Both the position numbers and the translations under genes were made by a program. Shown here piece by piece: positions 20,184 through 29,566 of a stretch of DNA of 64,000 bases. The notes beneath the pieces are model-generated. The model ran no database searches and was not told where the DNA came from. It worked only from the letters and a program-made list of their open reading frames with translations. The stretch is taken from positions 1-64,000 of IMG/VR virus record IMGVR_UViG_3300046001_006396. One strand, 5' to 3'. The stretch's first letter is position 1; the number at the start of each line of letters is the position of its first letter. The DNA is from a virus.

Positions 20184-21104
20184 TTAATTTTTTAAATATT
20201 GATATTCATAAGTTTTTTTATTATTAAAAAATCCTATGTTAGTGTTTGGAAATCTTCTACATACTGATTCTATTATTTCGTCAGTTAATGTTGTTAAATA
20301 ATTATACCCCCAAAGTTTATAAAATTGCATTTCAACATAATGTTGATTTTGTAATTCACTTGTGACTCTCATATTTCCTCTTATGGGGTGGTCGTAAAAT
20401 ACTTGAGGAACCCATACTGTCCACATATTATTAATTAAAGTTTTGAGGGACCAATGCTCATCTATTAATAATGTATAATTACCCCAATTAGGACAAAGCC
20501 CTATTTTTTCTAAATTAGTTGTTTTAATTAAATTAAAATGTGAAAATATGCCGGAAACTATACATGATCTACTTGGCATATCTAACAAGGATTCATCGTA
20601 TTTATCTGTAACATTATGTAATTCGTAAGTTTTAGGCCAATTAAATCTGTCTTGACAAAACATTTCTCTTGCCGACTGACATACAGGATTACCACCAAGT
20701 CTGTAATATGCGTCGGAAGTATATCCTATCCACCCAATTTCATCTTCTTTACCTTCAATTTCTGACATTGTAATATTAAAAAAATCAAAAGTGCGAACTA
20801 TTAAATCATCGTGAGAGGACAAAATATAATCAGTATGGTTTTTATATTTATTAAAAAAATTGTTAAAAGTATTTGCCCAAGAATCTTTTTTAACGTCAAT
20901 TTCTAAAATGTAATTATTTAAATTATTTTTTTCTGCAATTTTTTCTATCATTAATTTTCTGTCGTCAGTATCCGTACAAATATAAAATGCAAAATTAGTA
21001 TTAATGTTATTTTTTATTGAGACCATGGTATCTTGGATATTCTCAGGTATAACATTTATTCCGGCAGAATTTATAAAGCATATTACATTATATTTTTTTA
21101 TCAT
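20184..21104 (-). CDS. Putative GT-A glycosyltransferase
   Basis: DYILSSHDD DxD-like motif, KIGL..., HP; glycan-cluster context. Confidence 0.55.
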   Translation of the reverse strand: MIKKYNVICFINSAGINVIPENIQDTMVSIKNNINTNFAFYICTDTDDRKLMIEKIAEKNNLNNYILEIDVKKDSWANTFNNFFNKYKNHTDYILSSHDDLIVRTFDFFNITMSEIEGKEDEIGWIGYTSDAYYRLGGNPVCQSAREMFCQDRFNWPKTYELHNVTDKYDESLLDMPSRSCIVSGIFSHFNLIKTTNLEKIGLCPNWGNYTLLIDEHWSLKTLINNMWTVWVPQVFYDHPIRGNMRVTSELQNQHYVEMQFYKLWGYNYLTTLTDEIIESVCRRFPNTNIGFFNNKKTYEYQYLKN

Positions 21105-21826
21105 AAAGTATTAAGTGTTTTAATAATATTTTTTAATGGTGAGGTTTCACTCATATTATATACATTAACCCCTATTTTTTTAGCACTATTTACGATAATA
21201 TCAAAATCGTCTAATATAAAACTTAAATAAGGATTAAAACTGTCGTAATTCTGAGTCTTATCATCAACATAACCTAAAGAATAGTCTAAGTCAACACCAA
21301 AAAGGTATATATCTTTACACCCCATGATAATACTTAGTGCTAAAACGTGTAGAGCGACCGTTTCTCCTGTTCCGTATCTTTTATTGTACCCTGTATAGTC
21401 TTGTAATACTTCTTGTATTGTTTTTCTATTTGGTATTAAATTACTACATCCATTAGGGCATTCATTACATTTTTTACCATTAAAATGCCTTTGGTCATAA
21501 CCAACAAATGGGTACTTTAAATTAGATAAAACCCAATCTCTATGTGTTGGGTCGACAGAATCGGCATAGACTAATGTGGTATCTGGTAAACTATTTATGA
21601 TGTCTTTCATTTTTATTGTGGTATTCATAGAATTCGCAAAAACCCAATAATTGGGTTTTAAGTTAGTCATTGTGTGAAAATCACTACAGGTTACCACAAC
21701 ATTATTATTTTTATTTTCCTCAACAGTATTTAAATATTTTTTAAATGACGGACCCATAGCGCAAGCGTACGCGGTTTTACCAATATGTACATCAATTAAA
21801 TTTGTTATATCAACGTATTCACTCAT
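21101..21826 (-). CDS. Maf/DUF115-like (ulosonic-acid transferase-like) protein
   Basis: AMGPSF, PNYWV, TVA, MGCKDIYLFGVDLDY, VYNMS. Confidence 0.7.
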   Translation of the reverse strand: MSEYVDITNLIDVHIGKTAYACAMGPSFKKYLNTVEENKNNNVVVTCSDFHTMTNLKPNYWVFANSMNTTIKMKDIINSLPDTTLVYADSVDPTHRDWVLSNLKYPFVGYDQRHFNGKKCNECPNGCSNLIPNRKTIQEVLQDYTGYNKRYGTGETVALHVLALSIIMGCKDIYLFGVDLDYSLGYVDDKTQNYDSFNPYLSFILDDFDIIVNSAKKIGVNVYNMSETSPLKNIIKTLNTL

Positions 21827-22628
21827 AACGACTTACAATTTTTTCTATTTTATCACAGACTCTAGTATGTAAAAATAAAAATTCTTTACATTTATTAAAA
21901 TTTTCTTCTATTGACTCAACATTATTTTTATAAAACGAATCATCTAAATTATTACATATTTCAATAATATCGTTAATAGTATTTGCCGTTAATATTGTCT
22001 TCGTATTAAACCAATTATCAATATTTGGGCACCCCCAATATATTGGTATTGTTTTGGTGTATAGTGAGTCTATTAATTTTTCTGAGAAATATCCCTTTTC
22101 TTTACAATTTTCAATACATATATGAAATTGCGAATTAAATAGTGGTTCTTTTTTATCTGATATTTTTTTAAATTCTAAATTAGTATTATATGGGAAATTA
22201 GTACTATTAAAAAAATTTTTAGGTATTGTAATATTATTTTGATTTTCCCATAAAGAATGTCTTAATTTGTGACCTTCGGTCATAGATTTACCCCCAACTA
22301 AAAAAGAAACCTCAAATTTTTTTTCTTTTACGGATTCTGTGTCGGTTATCCAGCAAGAACCAAATTCAAACATCTCCGCATTTTCGCATTTGTCAAGAAT
22401 TTCTTGATTATGTGTTAAAATAACATCATATTTATTTTTATTTTCAATAATATGATTTTTAATATTTGTAATGCTTTGAGGCTCACAAATAAATGCTATG
22501 TTTATACCATTATTTAATGGGTTCATAATATTATCAACATAAAGGTTTACAGGTAAATTAAATTTTCTATCAACCCGTATCCAAGAACCATTTTGGTTTA
22601 AATCATATTTATTTATATTTTTATCCAT
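21819..22628 (-). CDS. GT10-family (alpha-1,3/4-fucosyltransferase-like) glycosyltransferase
   Basis: FHICIEN...YFSEKLID....TIPIYWG GT10 motif. Confidence 0.8.
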   Translation of the reverse strand: MDKNINKYDLNQNGSWIRVDRKFNLPVNLYVDNIMNPLNNGINIAFICEPQSITNIKNHIIENKNKYDVILTHNQEILDKCENAEMFEFGSCWITDTESVKEKKFEVSFLVGGKSMTEGHKLRHSLWENQNNITIPKNFFNSTNFPYNTNLEFKKISDKKEPLFNSQFHICIENCKEKGYFSEKLIDSLYTKTIPIYWGCPNIDNWFNTKTILTANTINDIIEICNNLDDSFYKNNVESIEENFNKCKEFLFLHTRVCDKIEKIVSRYE

Positions 22629-23398
22629 AATTCGCAGAACAAATCCTTTGTGTTTAAATGTTTATTTGACGGACCAAACCATTCTTTAGGGTAAACTACT
22701 TTTTTATTTTTATTTTTGTTTAACCAAGCCCCCCACCAACTAAATGAAGAATTGGCAATAATATTATCATCACATAATGACATTAAATACATGTCCTCAT
22801 AATCTTTGTTATTAGATATAAAAGTTTTATTTTTTATAAAATTAAAATTTTCAATGCACCAATTAATGTCATCGGAAAATATAAGATAATTTTTATCTTC
22901 GCCTATATATTTTACTGCGTTTTCATAATAAGATAATTGTAATGACGTGTGATAATTTTGTAAAGATAAATAATCACCTCTTCTTACGTGTATTGAACAT
23001 GTGTTTCCGTTAAGTTCTTTTTTGAATTTAATTTTTAATTTATTTTTTAACTCATCATTTAAATCAAAAATATCTAATATTTCTTTTCTATAGTCTTTAA
23101 AGTACTTATCACTTTGAAAATACCCTATAAGTTTTAAATTACCTCCTTGGTATGGTATTTCCTTGTACTCAAATAAGGGTTCATTATAAACCCAATAATC
23201 ATTTTCTAATTCTTTAAATTTTATTTTTTTAAAAAAATTATTAATATATGTTTTATATGAATTATGTCCTGTATGTATATCAACAATATCAAAAAATAAA
23301 TCTTTATTATACTTAATTGATAAGGCGTATGCTGCCGATATTTGAAATAGATAGTTACCTAAACCACCCATTAACTTTGATGAGAAGTAATTATTCAT
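22613..23398 (-). CDS. GT11-family alpha-1,2-fucosyl/colitosyltransferase
   Basis: GGLGNYLFQ, GYFQS, IHVRRGDY, FSDD, IIANSSFSWWGAWL. Confidence 0.93.
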   Translation of the reverse strand: MNNYFSSKLMGGLGNYLFQISAAYALSIKYNKDLFFDIVDIHTGHNSYKTYINNFFKKIKFKELENDYWVYNEPLFEYKEIPYQGGNLKLIGYFQSDKYFKDYRKEILDIFDLNDELKNKLKIKFKKELNGNTCSIHVRRGDYLSLQNYHTSLQLSYYENAVKYIGEDKNYLIFSDDINWCIENFNFIKNKTFISNNKDYEDMYLMSLCDDNIIANSSFSWWGAWLNKNKNKKVVYPKEWFGPSNKHLNTKDLFCELWIKI

Positions 23399-24035
23399 TT
23401 TTTATAAGTATTTTAGATGGTACACCTATATAGGTTTCTTCATAATCGTTTTTTATTGATTTAACAACCGCACTCTGTGCACCAAAAGTTTTATTACTAC
23501 CAACTATTAATCTGTCTCTAACTATACATCCAGTTCCAAATTCATTCATATTACCAATCAAACATTGTCCTGAAATATGTACACCTGGATTTGTTGTACA
23601 AAAATCACCAATAATTGTATCGTGACCAACGGTTGTGTTAAGATTTAAGGTTACATAATCACCAATTTTAACGTTTGTTGTGACAACACAACCAGGAGAA
23701 ATTATGCCCCCATAACCTAAACTATCCCTTTCAATTAAAACTATTGCCGATGGGTCTACAATAGTTTTTGAAGGTTGCAATCCAGATTTTAGAGCTTTGC
23801 CGACCAAGTATTTCTTAATTTTAGGATTTCCAACCGCAACAATAAAATTATATTTCTCTTTAAAAGTCCAATTTTTTTCAACAGGATAAGATTTATTATC
23901 TATAACTAACTCTTTTTGTCCATCATTTAAATCATTTACAAAAATGAAATTTTTAATGTTTGGGCTTGATCTTTTTATATAGAAAAAAAATTCTTTGGCT
24001 AGTCCAGCAGATCCTAAAATTATAATACCTTCCAT
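23391..24035 (-). CDS. Sugar N/O-acetyltransferase, NeuD/PglD/PerB family
   Basis: N-terminal Rossmann-like domain, AVGNP, hexapeptide repeats with GHD, GVPSK. Confidence 0.9.
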   Translation of the reverse strand: MEGIIILGSAGLAKEFFFYIKRSSPNIKNFIFVNDLNDGQKELVIDNKSYPVEKNWTFKEKYNFIVAVGNPKIKKYLVGKALKSGLQPSKTIVDPSAIVLIERDSLGYGGIISPGCVVTTNVKIGDYVTLNLNTTVGHDTIIGDFCTTNPGVHISGQCLIGNMNEFGTGCIVRDRLIVGSNKTFGAQSAVVKSIKNDYEETYIGVPSKILIKNE

Positions 24036-24036
24036 C

Positions 24037-25191
24037 TTAATTAATCATTTTATTTATTTTTATAACATTTTCAATAATGTAATTTACATCATCATTTGTT
24101 AAATTCATATGTAGAGGTAACGATATTAATTTTTCTGATATAAGATAAGAATAAGGACAAGTCCCTCTATATTTTTCATACATTTTATAATTAGTATTAT
24201 CTCTATAATGTACACCAGGAAAAATACCACAAGAATTTAATAAATCCATAAATTTATTTCTTTGTTCTACAGAAATTTGAAATAGGTGCCTTGACGATTT
24301 AACACAATCCTCGTGAGTTTTTATTGTCATTATACCATTTTCTGAAAGTTTTTTTTCATACATTTCACATATTTCCCTTCTCCTATTATTATCAGATTCC
24401 AAATATTTTAAACCAACAATACCCATTGATGCCATAATAGAATTACCATGATATTTATACCCAACATCAACTAACTCGTATTCCCATTTATACGTACCTT
24501 TATCGTTTGTTCTTTGATAGGTGTCTTTATCTATCCCTAACCAAGATAGTTTTCTTGCGAGACCGTCATAATCATCATTTTCAAAACATATCATACCGGA
24601 ATCGGCGGTAGGTAAATTTTTAACTGACTGAAAACTAAAAACAGACACATCCACATTTTTACCCACGTGAAATATTTTTCCATTTATATCTTTCATAAAT
24701 GTTCCAGCCATATGGGCAGCATCTAATATTATCTTTAATTTATTTTTTTTACATATATCAATTATTTTATTTAATTGACCCGTATTACCGCCAATACCAA
24801 CAAATAAAACCGCCTTAGTTTTTTTAGTTATTAGTCTCTCAACAGATATCGGATCTAAACAAAGGTACTCATCAATATCGGCAAAAACAGGATTTAAATT
24901 TTCATATTTAATTGCGTGGTTTGTTGATACAAATGTCATTGGTGTTGTTATAATTTCATCCCCATCGTTCCATTTATTGGTGTCTTTTAATATTTTTAAG
25001 GCTAAATGTAATCCAGACGTGTTTGAATTAATAAAATGTGCGTTCGGTAATCCGGTATACTCCTTCCATTTTTTTTCAATTTCTAAAGTTTTATATCCTA
25101 ATCCTGTCCACCCAAGATCTAAACATTCTGAAATGTGTTCTAATATTTCTTCTTTTCTAAATTTAGGCACAAATAAATTTATATTTTTCAT
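24037..25191 (-). CDS. DegT/DnrJ/EryC1/StrS sugar aminotransferase
   Basis: TPMTFVST, LDAAHMAG, FSFQSVKNLPTADSG with catalytic Lys, GYKY. Confidence 0.92.
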   Translation of the reverse strand: MKNINLFVPKFRKEEILEHISECLDLGWTGLGYKTLEIEKKWKEYTGLPNAHFINSNTSGLHLALKILKDTNKWNDGDEIITTPMTFVSTNHAIKYENLNPVFADIDEYLCLDPISVERLITKKTKAVLFVGIGGNTGQLNKIIDICKKNKLKIILDAAHMAGTFMKDINGKIFHVGKNVDVSVFSFQSVKNLPTADSGMICFENDDYDGLARKLSWLGIDKDTYQRTNDKGTYKWEYELVDVGYKYHGNSIMASMGIVGLKYLESDNNRRREICEMYEKKLSENGIMTIKTHEDCVKSSRHLFQISVEQRNKFMDLLNSCGIFPGVHYRDNTNYKMYEKYRGTCPYSYLISEKLISLPLHMNLTNDDVNYIIENVIKINKMIN

Positions 25192-25892
25192 AATTTATAC
25201 TTTTTATAACAATAAATTTTATCTTTTTTAATCATTTCTTTACTTACATCAATTAACTGAGACGTTAAATTATGATTTCCAGTCACTATAACAATATTTG
25301 AGTCATCCACGATTTCAGGATAACCATATTTTTTAAATAAGTGATACCATAATTCACAGTCTATCATATATTCAACGTTGGTATCAAAAAAATTATCTTT
25401 AGGGAACATACCAACGCTTGGACATCCAATAGTGTTTATTCCATTTAATAAATGTTTACCATCGCCCTCTATTTTTGGAGTCATCCTATTGTAGTAATTT
25501 TTACTTTCCGTATCGTAATGAATAAACCCGGAAAGAACCCAATTATTATTATTAATCTTATTAACCATTTTAGTTAAAGTATCTCCATTATAAAAGTAAT
25601 CATCTTGATTCATTATTTTTATATAGTCCCCTAATGAAAGTCTTATTGCGTTATTGGTATTGTAAGCGGGTAAACCAATATTTTCATAATATCTATAATA
25701 TTTAATTTTATCTGTATTTAATTTTTTAATAAGATCCTTAACAAAATTTGTAGGTGAATGGTCAGAAACTATTATTTCATAGTTACCATAATCTTGAAAT
25801 AAACAGGATAAAATGCATTTTTCAATTAAGTTAATATTATTACCCATATTATCGTAAGTCGGTATACATATAGATATTTTATAATTTTTCAT
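25188..25892 (-). CDS. Glycosyltransferase family 2
   Basis: ISICIPTY, EIIVSD, NQDD, IGCPS, DCELW. Confidence 0.88.
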   Translation of the reverse strand: MKNYKISICIPTYDNMGNNINLIEKCILSCLFQDYGNYEIIVSDHSPTNFVKDLIKKLNTDKIKYYRYYENIGLPAYNTNNAIRLSLGDYIKIMNQDDYFYNGDTLTKMVNKINNNNWVLSGFIHYDTESKNYYNRMTPKIEGDGKHLLNGINTIGCPSVGMFPKDNFFDTNVEYMIDCELWYHLFKKYGYPEIVDDSNIVIVTGNHNLTSQLIDVSKEMIKKDKIYCYKKYKL

Positions 25893-26598
25893 ATGGCTTA
25901 TACTGTCTTAACAAGTTATTTACTTCATCAACTCTCCTTAAATTTACTTTATGGTCATTAATTGGATTACTTTCATTATATATGTAATTTATTGTATCCA
26001 TAAATTTATAATGATTTTTTCCGGACATTTCAACCATAGGATACATAAACGCCAAATCTCCAGCAACATCCCAATATCTCCCATTTGAATCTTTTAAATC
26101 CTCAATTTTTATTTTTCTCCATAAAAATGCTCTCCAAGTCCTAATGTGTGATAAAGTAAATGTTTGATTTCTTATGTTTTCAAAACTTGAAGGAGGGTTA
26201 GCAAATCCCATTCTCCCGTCGTGATATTTAAAAGATCCATTGGCCAACCAAACATCATCATTTAAATATATGTCGTTTATTCTTTCAAAAACTTTTGAAT
26301 CGGACAACCAGTCATCACCGTCAACCTCAACACATACGTCATCATCTTTTATATCGTATTCTCCTCTAATTACTTGGTCATAATTTCCTGGCTGATACAG
26401 TTTATGTTTATTTTCAATTAAAATAAATCTATCATCACCAGATATAAAATTTTTTATTTTATTCACTGTTTGGTCTGTTGATACGTCATCAGTTATAAAA
26501 CACCTAAAATTTTTATAGGTTTGGGTCATTATGGTGGATAAACACTTTTCAATATAATTTTGACAATTATATGTTGTTGTTAAAATAACTAAGCTCAT
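25879..26598 (-). CDS. Glycosyltransferase family 2
   Basis: TTYN, DDVSTD, VDGDDW. Confidence 0.88.
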   Translation of the reverse strand: MSLVILTTTYNCQNYIEKCLSTIMTQTYKNFRCFITDDVSTDQTVNKIKNFISGDDRFILIENKHKLYQPGNYDQVIRGEYDIKDDDVCVEVDGDDWLSDSKVFERINDIYLNDDVWLANGSFKYHDGRMGFANPPSSFENIRNQTFTLSHIRTWRAFLWRKIKIEDLKDSNGRYWDVAGDLAFMYPMVEMSGKNHYKFMDTINYIYNESNPINDHKVNLRRVDEVNNLLRQYKPYEKL

Positions 26599-28236
26599 TT
26601 AATTTAAAATTTTTATATATTCTTCTTTTATTTTTTTTGCCACCTCATTAGAATTAAATTTACTAATGTCATCCGGAATGTCAAACCTTCTTTTATTTAA
26701 AATATTCCCTGAATCATCAATATTGTAAATCCAACCAGGTTTACCGCACAACCAACCTTCTATTGTTGTTCTTCCTAAAAGTATTCCTGAGGTTTCTGAA
26801 CAGTTTTTAACGTAAGATTCTACTTTATTTGTTGCTGGATAATATTTAACATGAGTATTAATTAATAACTCATCTAAATAGTTTGATTTATTTTCTCCCA
26901 CTAACCATAACTCTTTTACTATTGATTTTGAGTACTCAACAAGGTCTTTAATTGTATTTTCTCTTAAGTAATCAATAGTACCAACAAAAAGAACATAACC
27001 ATCATCTTTTATGTTTTTTGTGTTAAATCTATTCGTATCTATTGGGTTATAAATGACTTCAGTATTATTTAACTCAATATTGAAGTTATTAATGATGTGA
27101 GATTGAATTTCAGGACGAATACAAATATATTTTTTAATTGATTCGTTTATCACTGGATTTTCTAATTCAATAACTTCAGAATGTATTGTTGATATTTTAT
27201 CAATGTTTGGGTACATTTGACACATTTGGTTAGTTACTGGAGTGTGCTGTGTATGGATAATGTCGTAATCAACTTCACCCATTTTATACATAACATTTGG
27301 TTGTGATGGTTGTACTCCTTGTGGGGTGTTAAATCCCCATTTACCATCACCCATTTTATATCCAGGAGAATTTGCAAATGATATAGTTTTAATACCTTGT
27401 TGTTGTGCTAATTTAGATAATGGTCCATTAATATCTGAAAGCACTGTTACGTCACAATTTAATTTTTTAAGTCCTCTTGCCAACTCATAAACATACATTT
27501 CTGAACCTGTAAAGGTCTTAAAAAATAAACAGGAAAGTAGCACTTTAATTGGGGACTCTATTGTTAAATTACGTTTAACTTTAACCGGTAATACCTCTTT
27601 ATACTTTTCTGCAAATACTTCTCTATTTTTTTCCCATTGTTCGTTTGTTTCACCAATGGATTTGTGTGTAACTCTAACGTCATATATCACACCAATTTTA
27701 ACATCTTTAATAAAGTTTCTAAATGAGAAATCAACATCGTAAAAATGAAATCCACCAATTTCCTCGTTAAAGTTTTCTTTAATATTATTTTTTTTAATTA
27801 CAATAAAAAGACCATCAACTAAAACAACGTCGTCTATCTCATTACCTTTACTTGTTGAATATTTTGATTCCCATTTTTTTCCTTCATGTTCGTGATTAAC
27901 AATCCCTTTCATTTTTGAAAAATCTTCCCACCACTTTGCGGATTTTGGCATACTGGTTGTTCCGGCTAATCCTAAAATACCATATTCAGATTTTCTTTTA
28001 AAATGATTTAATATTTTTTGACCCCAATTTTTTGAGTCAAAATAGATATCATCGTGACATAAAACTACAACATCGTTTGACGATTGGTTTAAAATTTTAT
28101 TGTATACCTCAGTTAACGAGTATTCCCCATTATTCTCAAAAGGAATAACCTCAGGATTAGGTATCCCTGAGGTTTTCTTTAACATTTCAACAAAACTGTT
28201 ATCAATCTTTCTTGTAGAAAATCCAATTGTTATCAT
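26599..28236 (-). CDS. Two-domain glycosyltransferase (GT-A + GT-B fusion)
   Basis: N-half LCHDD, VDGLF, FHFYDVD; C-half TGSEMYVYELARGL, IYNPID, LFVG, GRTTIEGWLCGKP. Confidence 0.8.
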   Translation of the reverse strand: MITIGFSTRKIDNSFVEMLKKTSGIPNPEVIPFENNGEYSLTEVYNKILNQSSNDVVVLCHDDIYFDSKNWGQKILNHFKRKSEYGILGLAGTTSMPKSAKWWEDFSKMKGIVNHEHEGKKWESKYSTSKGNEIDDVVLVDGLFIVIKKNNIKENFNEEIGGFHFYDVDFSFRNFIKDVKIGVIYDVRVTHKSIGETNEQWEKNREVFAEKYKEVLPVKVKRNLTIESPIKVLLSCLFFKTFTGSEMYVYELARGLKKLNCDVTVLSDINGPLSKLAQQQGIKTISFANSPGYKMGDGKWGFNTPQGVQPSQPNVMYKMGEVDYDIIHTQHTPVTNQMCQMYPNIDKISTIHSEVIELENPVINESIKKYICIRPEIQSHIINNFNIELNNTEVIYNPIDTNRFNTKNIKDDGYVLFVGTIDYLRENTIKDLVEYSKSIVKELWLVGENKSNYLDELLINTHVKYYPATNKVESYVKNCSETSGILLGRTTIEGWLCGKPGWIYNIDDSGNILNKRRFDIPDDISKFNSNEVAKKIKEEYIKILN

Positions 28237-28835
28237 AGACCAGTGCTTCCAAAACCTTTATCGTTACGGTCCTTTTCTGCAATTTCATTTACCTTAACTA
28301 AATTTACCCACTTACCATTAACAACAGGACAAAGTACTGCTTGTGCAATCTTTTGACCTTTTTCTATTTTAATCCTTTCGTTTGTAGTATTAAAAATAAT
28401 AACTTTCACTTCCCCTTGATATCCGCTATCCACAGTTCCAGGCGAGTTTAAAACCATTAATCCTTGATTTAGTGCTAATCCACTTTTAGACCTAACTTGT
28501 ATCTCATATCCATCAGGGATATCAAATCGTAACCCTGTAGGGATTAATTTTCTACTATTTGCTTGAACCCACAACTCCTCACTTGATCTTAAATCAAATC
28601 CAGAATCAGATTCATATGCATATTCAGGATTTATACTTTCTGACTCGTTAGTAAAATTTAAGGTTACCTTTTTTGCTTTCATAGCGTCCCCAAACATTTG
28701 TTCAAGTTGTTCTTCATTTACACCCATTGATTCCATCATTGATTTTGGGTCCGACATATCAAAGTCATTCATTTTAGACTGAAGGTCTTTAATCATCTCC
28801 AATCCCTTTTTCATCTCTTTTATTTCTTTAAACAT
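28233..28835 (-). CDS. dut: Trimeric dUTPase with N-terminal extension
   Basis: SGFDL, RSKSGLA, PGTVDSGYQGE, IAQ, RNDKGFGSTG. Confidence 0.95.
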   Translation of the reverse strand: MFKEIKEMKKGLEMIKDLQSKMNDFDMSDPKSMMESMGVNEEQLEQMFGDAMKAKKVTLNFTNESESINPEYAYESDSGFDLRSSEELWVQANSRKLIPTGLRFDIPDGYEIQVRSKSGLALNQGLMVLNSPGTVDSGYQGEVKVIIFNTTNERIKIEKGQKIAQAVLCPVVNGKWVNLVKVNEIAEKDRNDKGFGSTGL

Positions 28836-29566
28836 TATTTCAATTCTTTTAATTTTTTTATAAATTCAACCAATACGTCAACATCTTTTTCACAATACTC
28901 AGCAATTTGAGGTAATTTTTGTTCTACCCAATATGTATGATGTACCTTATCGCCTGTCACTTCACCATCTTTTGGTGTTGGTATTCCCATTGTTGAACAA
29001 ACAAGGTCCAACGAACCAATAGATGTGTAAGCACCATATTGCCAAACTTCTTTTGTGTCAATCGCCTTTACCTCCCAAGGTTTTGTATCGTAAGATGGTA
29101 ATAACTTAGACGGTAAAATTCCGTTTATTATCATTCTTTTTGACATCATAGGAATATCAAAGTTTTTAAGATTATGACCACAAAGATAAAAATCCAACTT
29201 ATGACATCTATCAAGAAGGTTTCTTACTTGTAATAACAACTCTTTTTCATCATCACCTGAGAACGTTTGTTTTTTAACTTCACCAGTTTCCATAACAAAC
29301 GCCATAGAGACACAAATAATTTTTGCAAACTCAGGAACAAGTGCGGTTCTTTTTTTAAAGACCTCACCCATTCTTATTTCATAATCTTTTTTAGTTTTAG
29401 GTGACTCAATTTGGTCTTCAGGAAATCTTTTTTTAAACCAATCGTAATATTTCTTAAATTGTTCTGCAATTTCAGGACTAAATCTTTCACAAGATTCTAA
29501 GTCAGGACATCCACCAACAGTTTCAATGTCCAAGAATAAAATTTTTGTAATAGGTATGTTTATCAT
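28835..29566 (-). CDS. Stand-alone DEDDy 3'-5' exonuclease (PolB-proofreading-like)
   Basis: LDIET, GHNLKNFDIP, YCEKDV. Confidence 0.88.
   Translation of the reverse strand: MINIPITKILFLDIETVGGCPDLESCERFSPEIAEQFKKYYDWFKKRFPEDQIESPKTKKDYEIRMGEVFKKRTALVPEFAKIICVSMAFVMETGEVKKQTFSGDDEKELLLQVRNLLDRCHKLDFYLCGHNLKNFDIPMMSKRMIINGILPSKLLPSYDTKPWEVKAIDTKEVWQYGAYTSIGSLDLVCSTMGIPTPKDGEVTGDKVHHTYWVEQKLPQIAEYCEKDVDVLVEFIKKLKELK

Noticed and set aside
7699-28236. Bacterial chromosomal O-antigen/capsule locus
   Set aside because: No Wzx/Wzy/Wzz/ABC or priming transferase; genes are translationally coupled to phage-type genes on both sides
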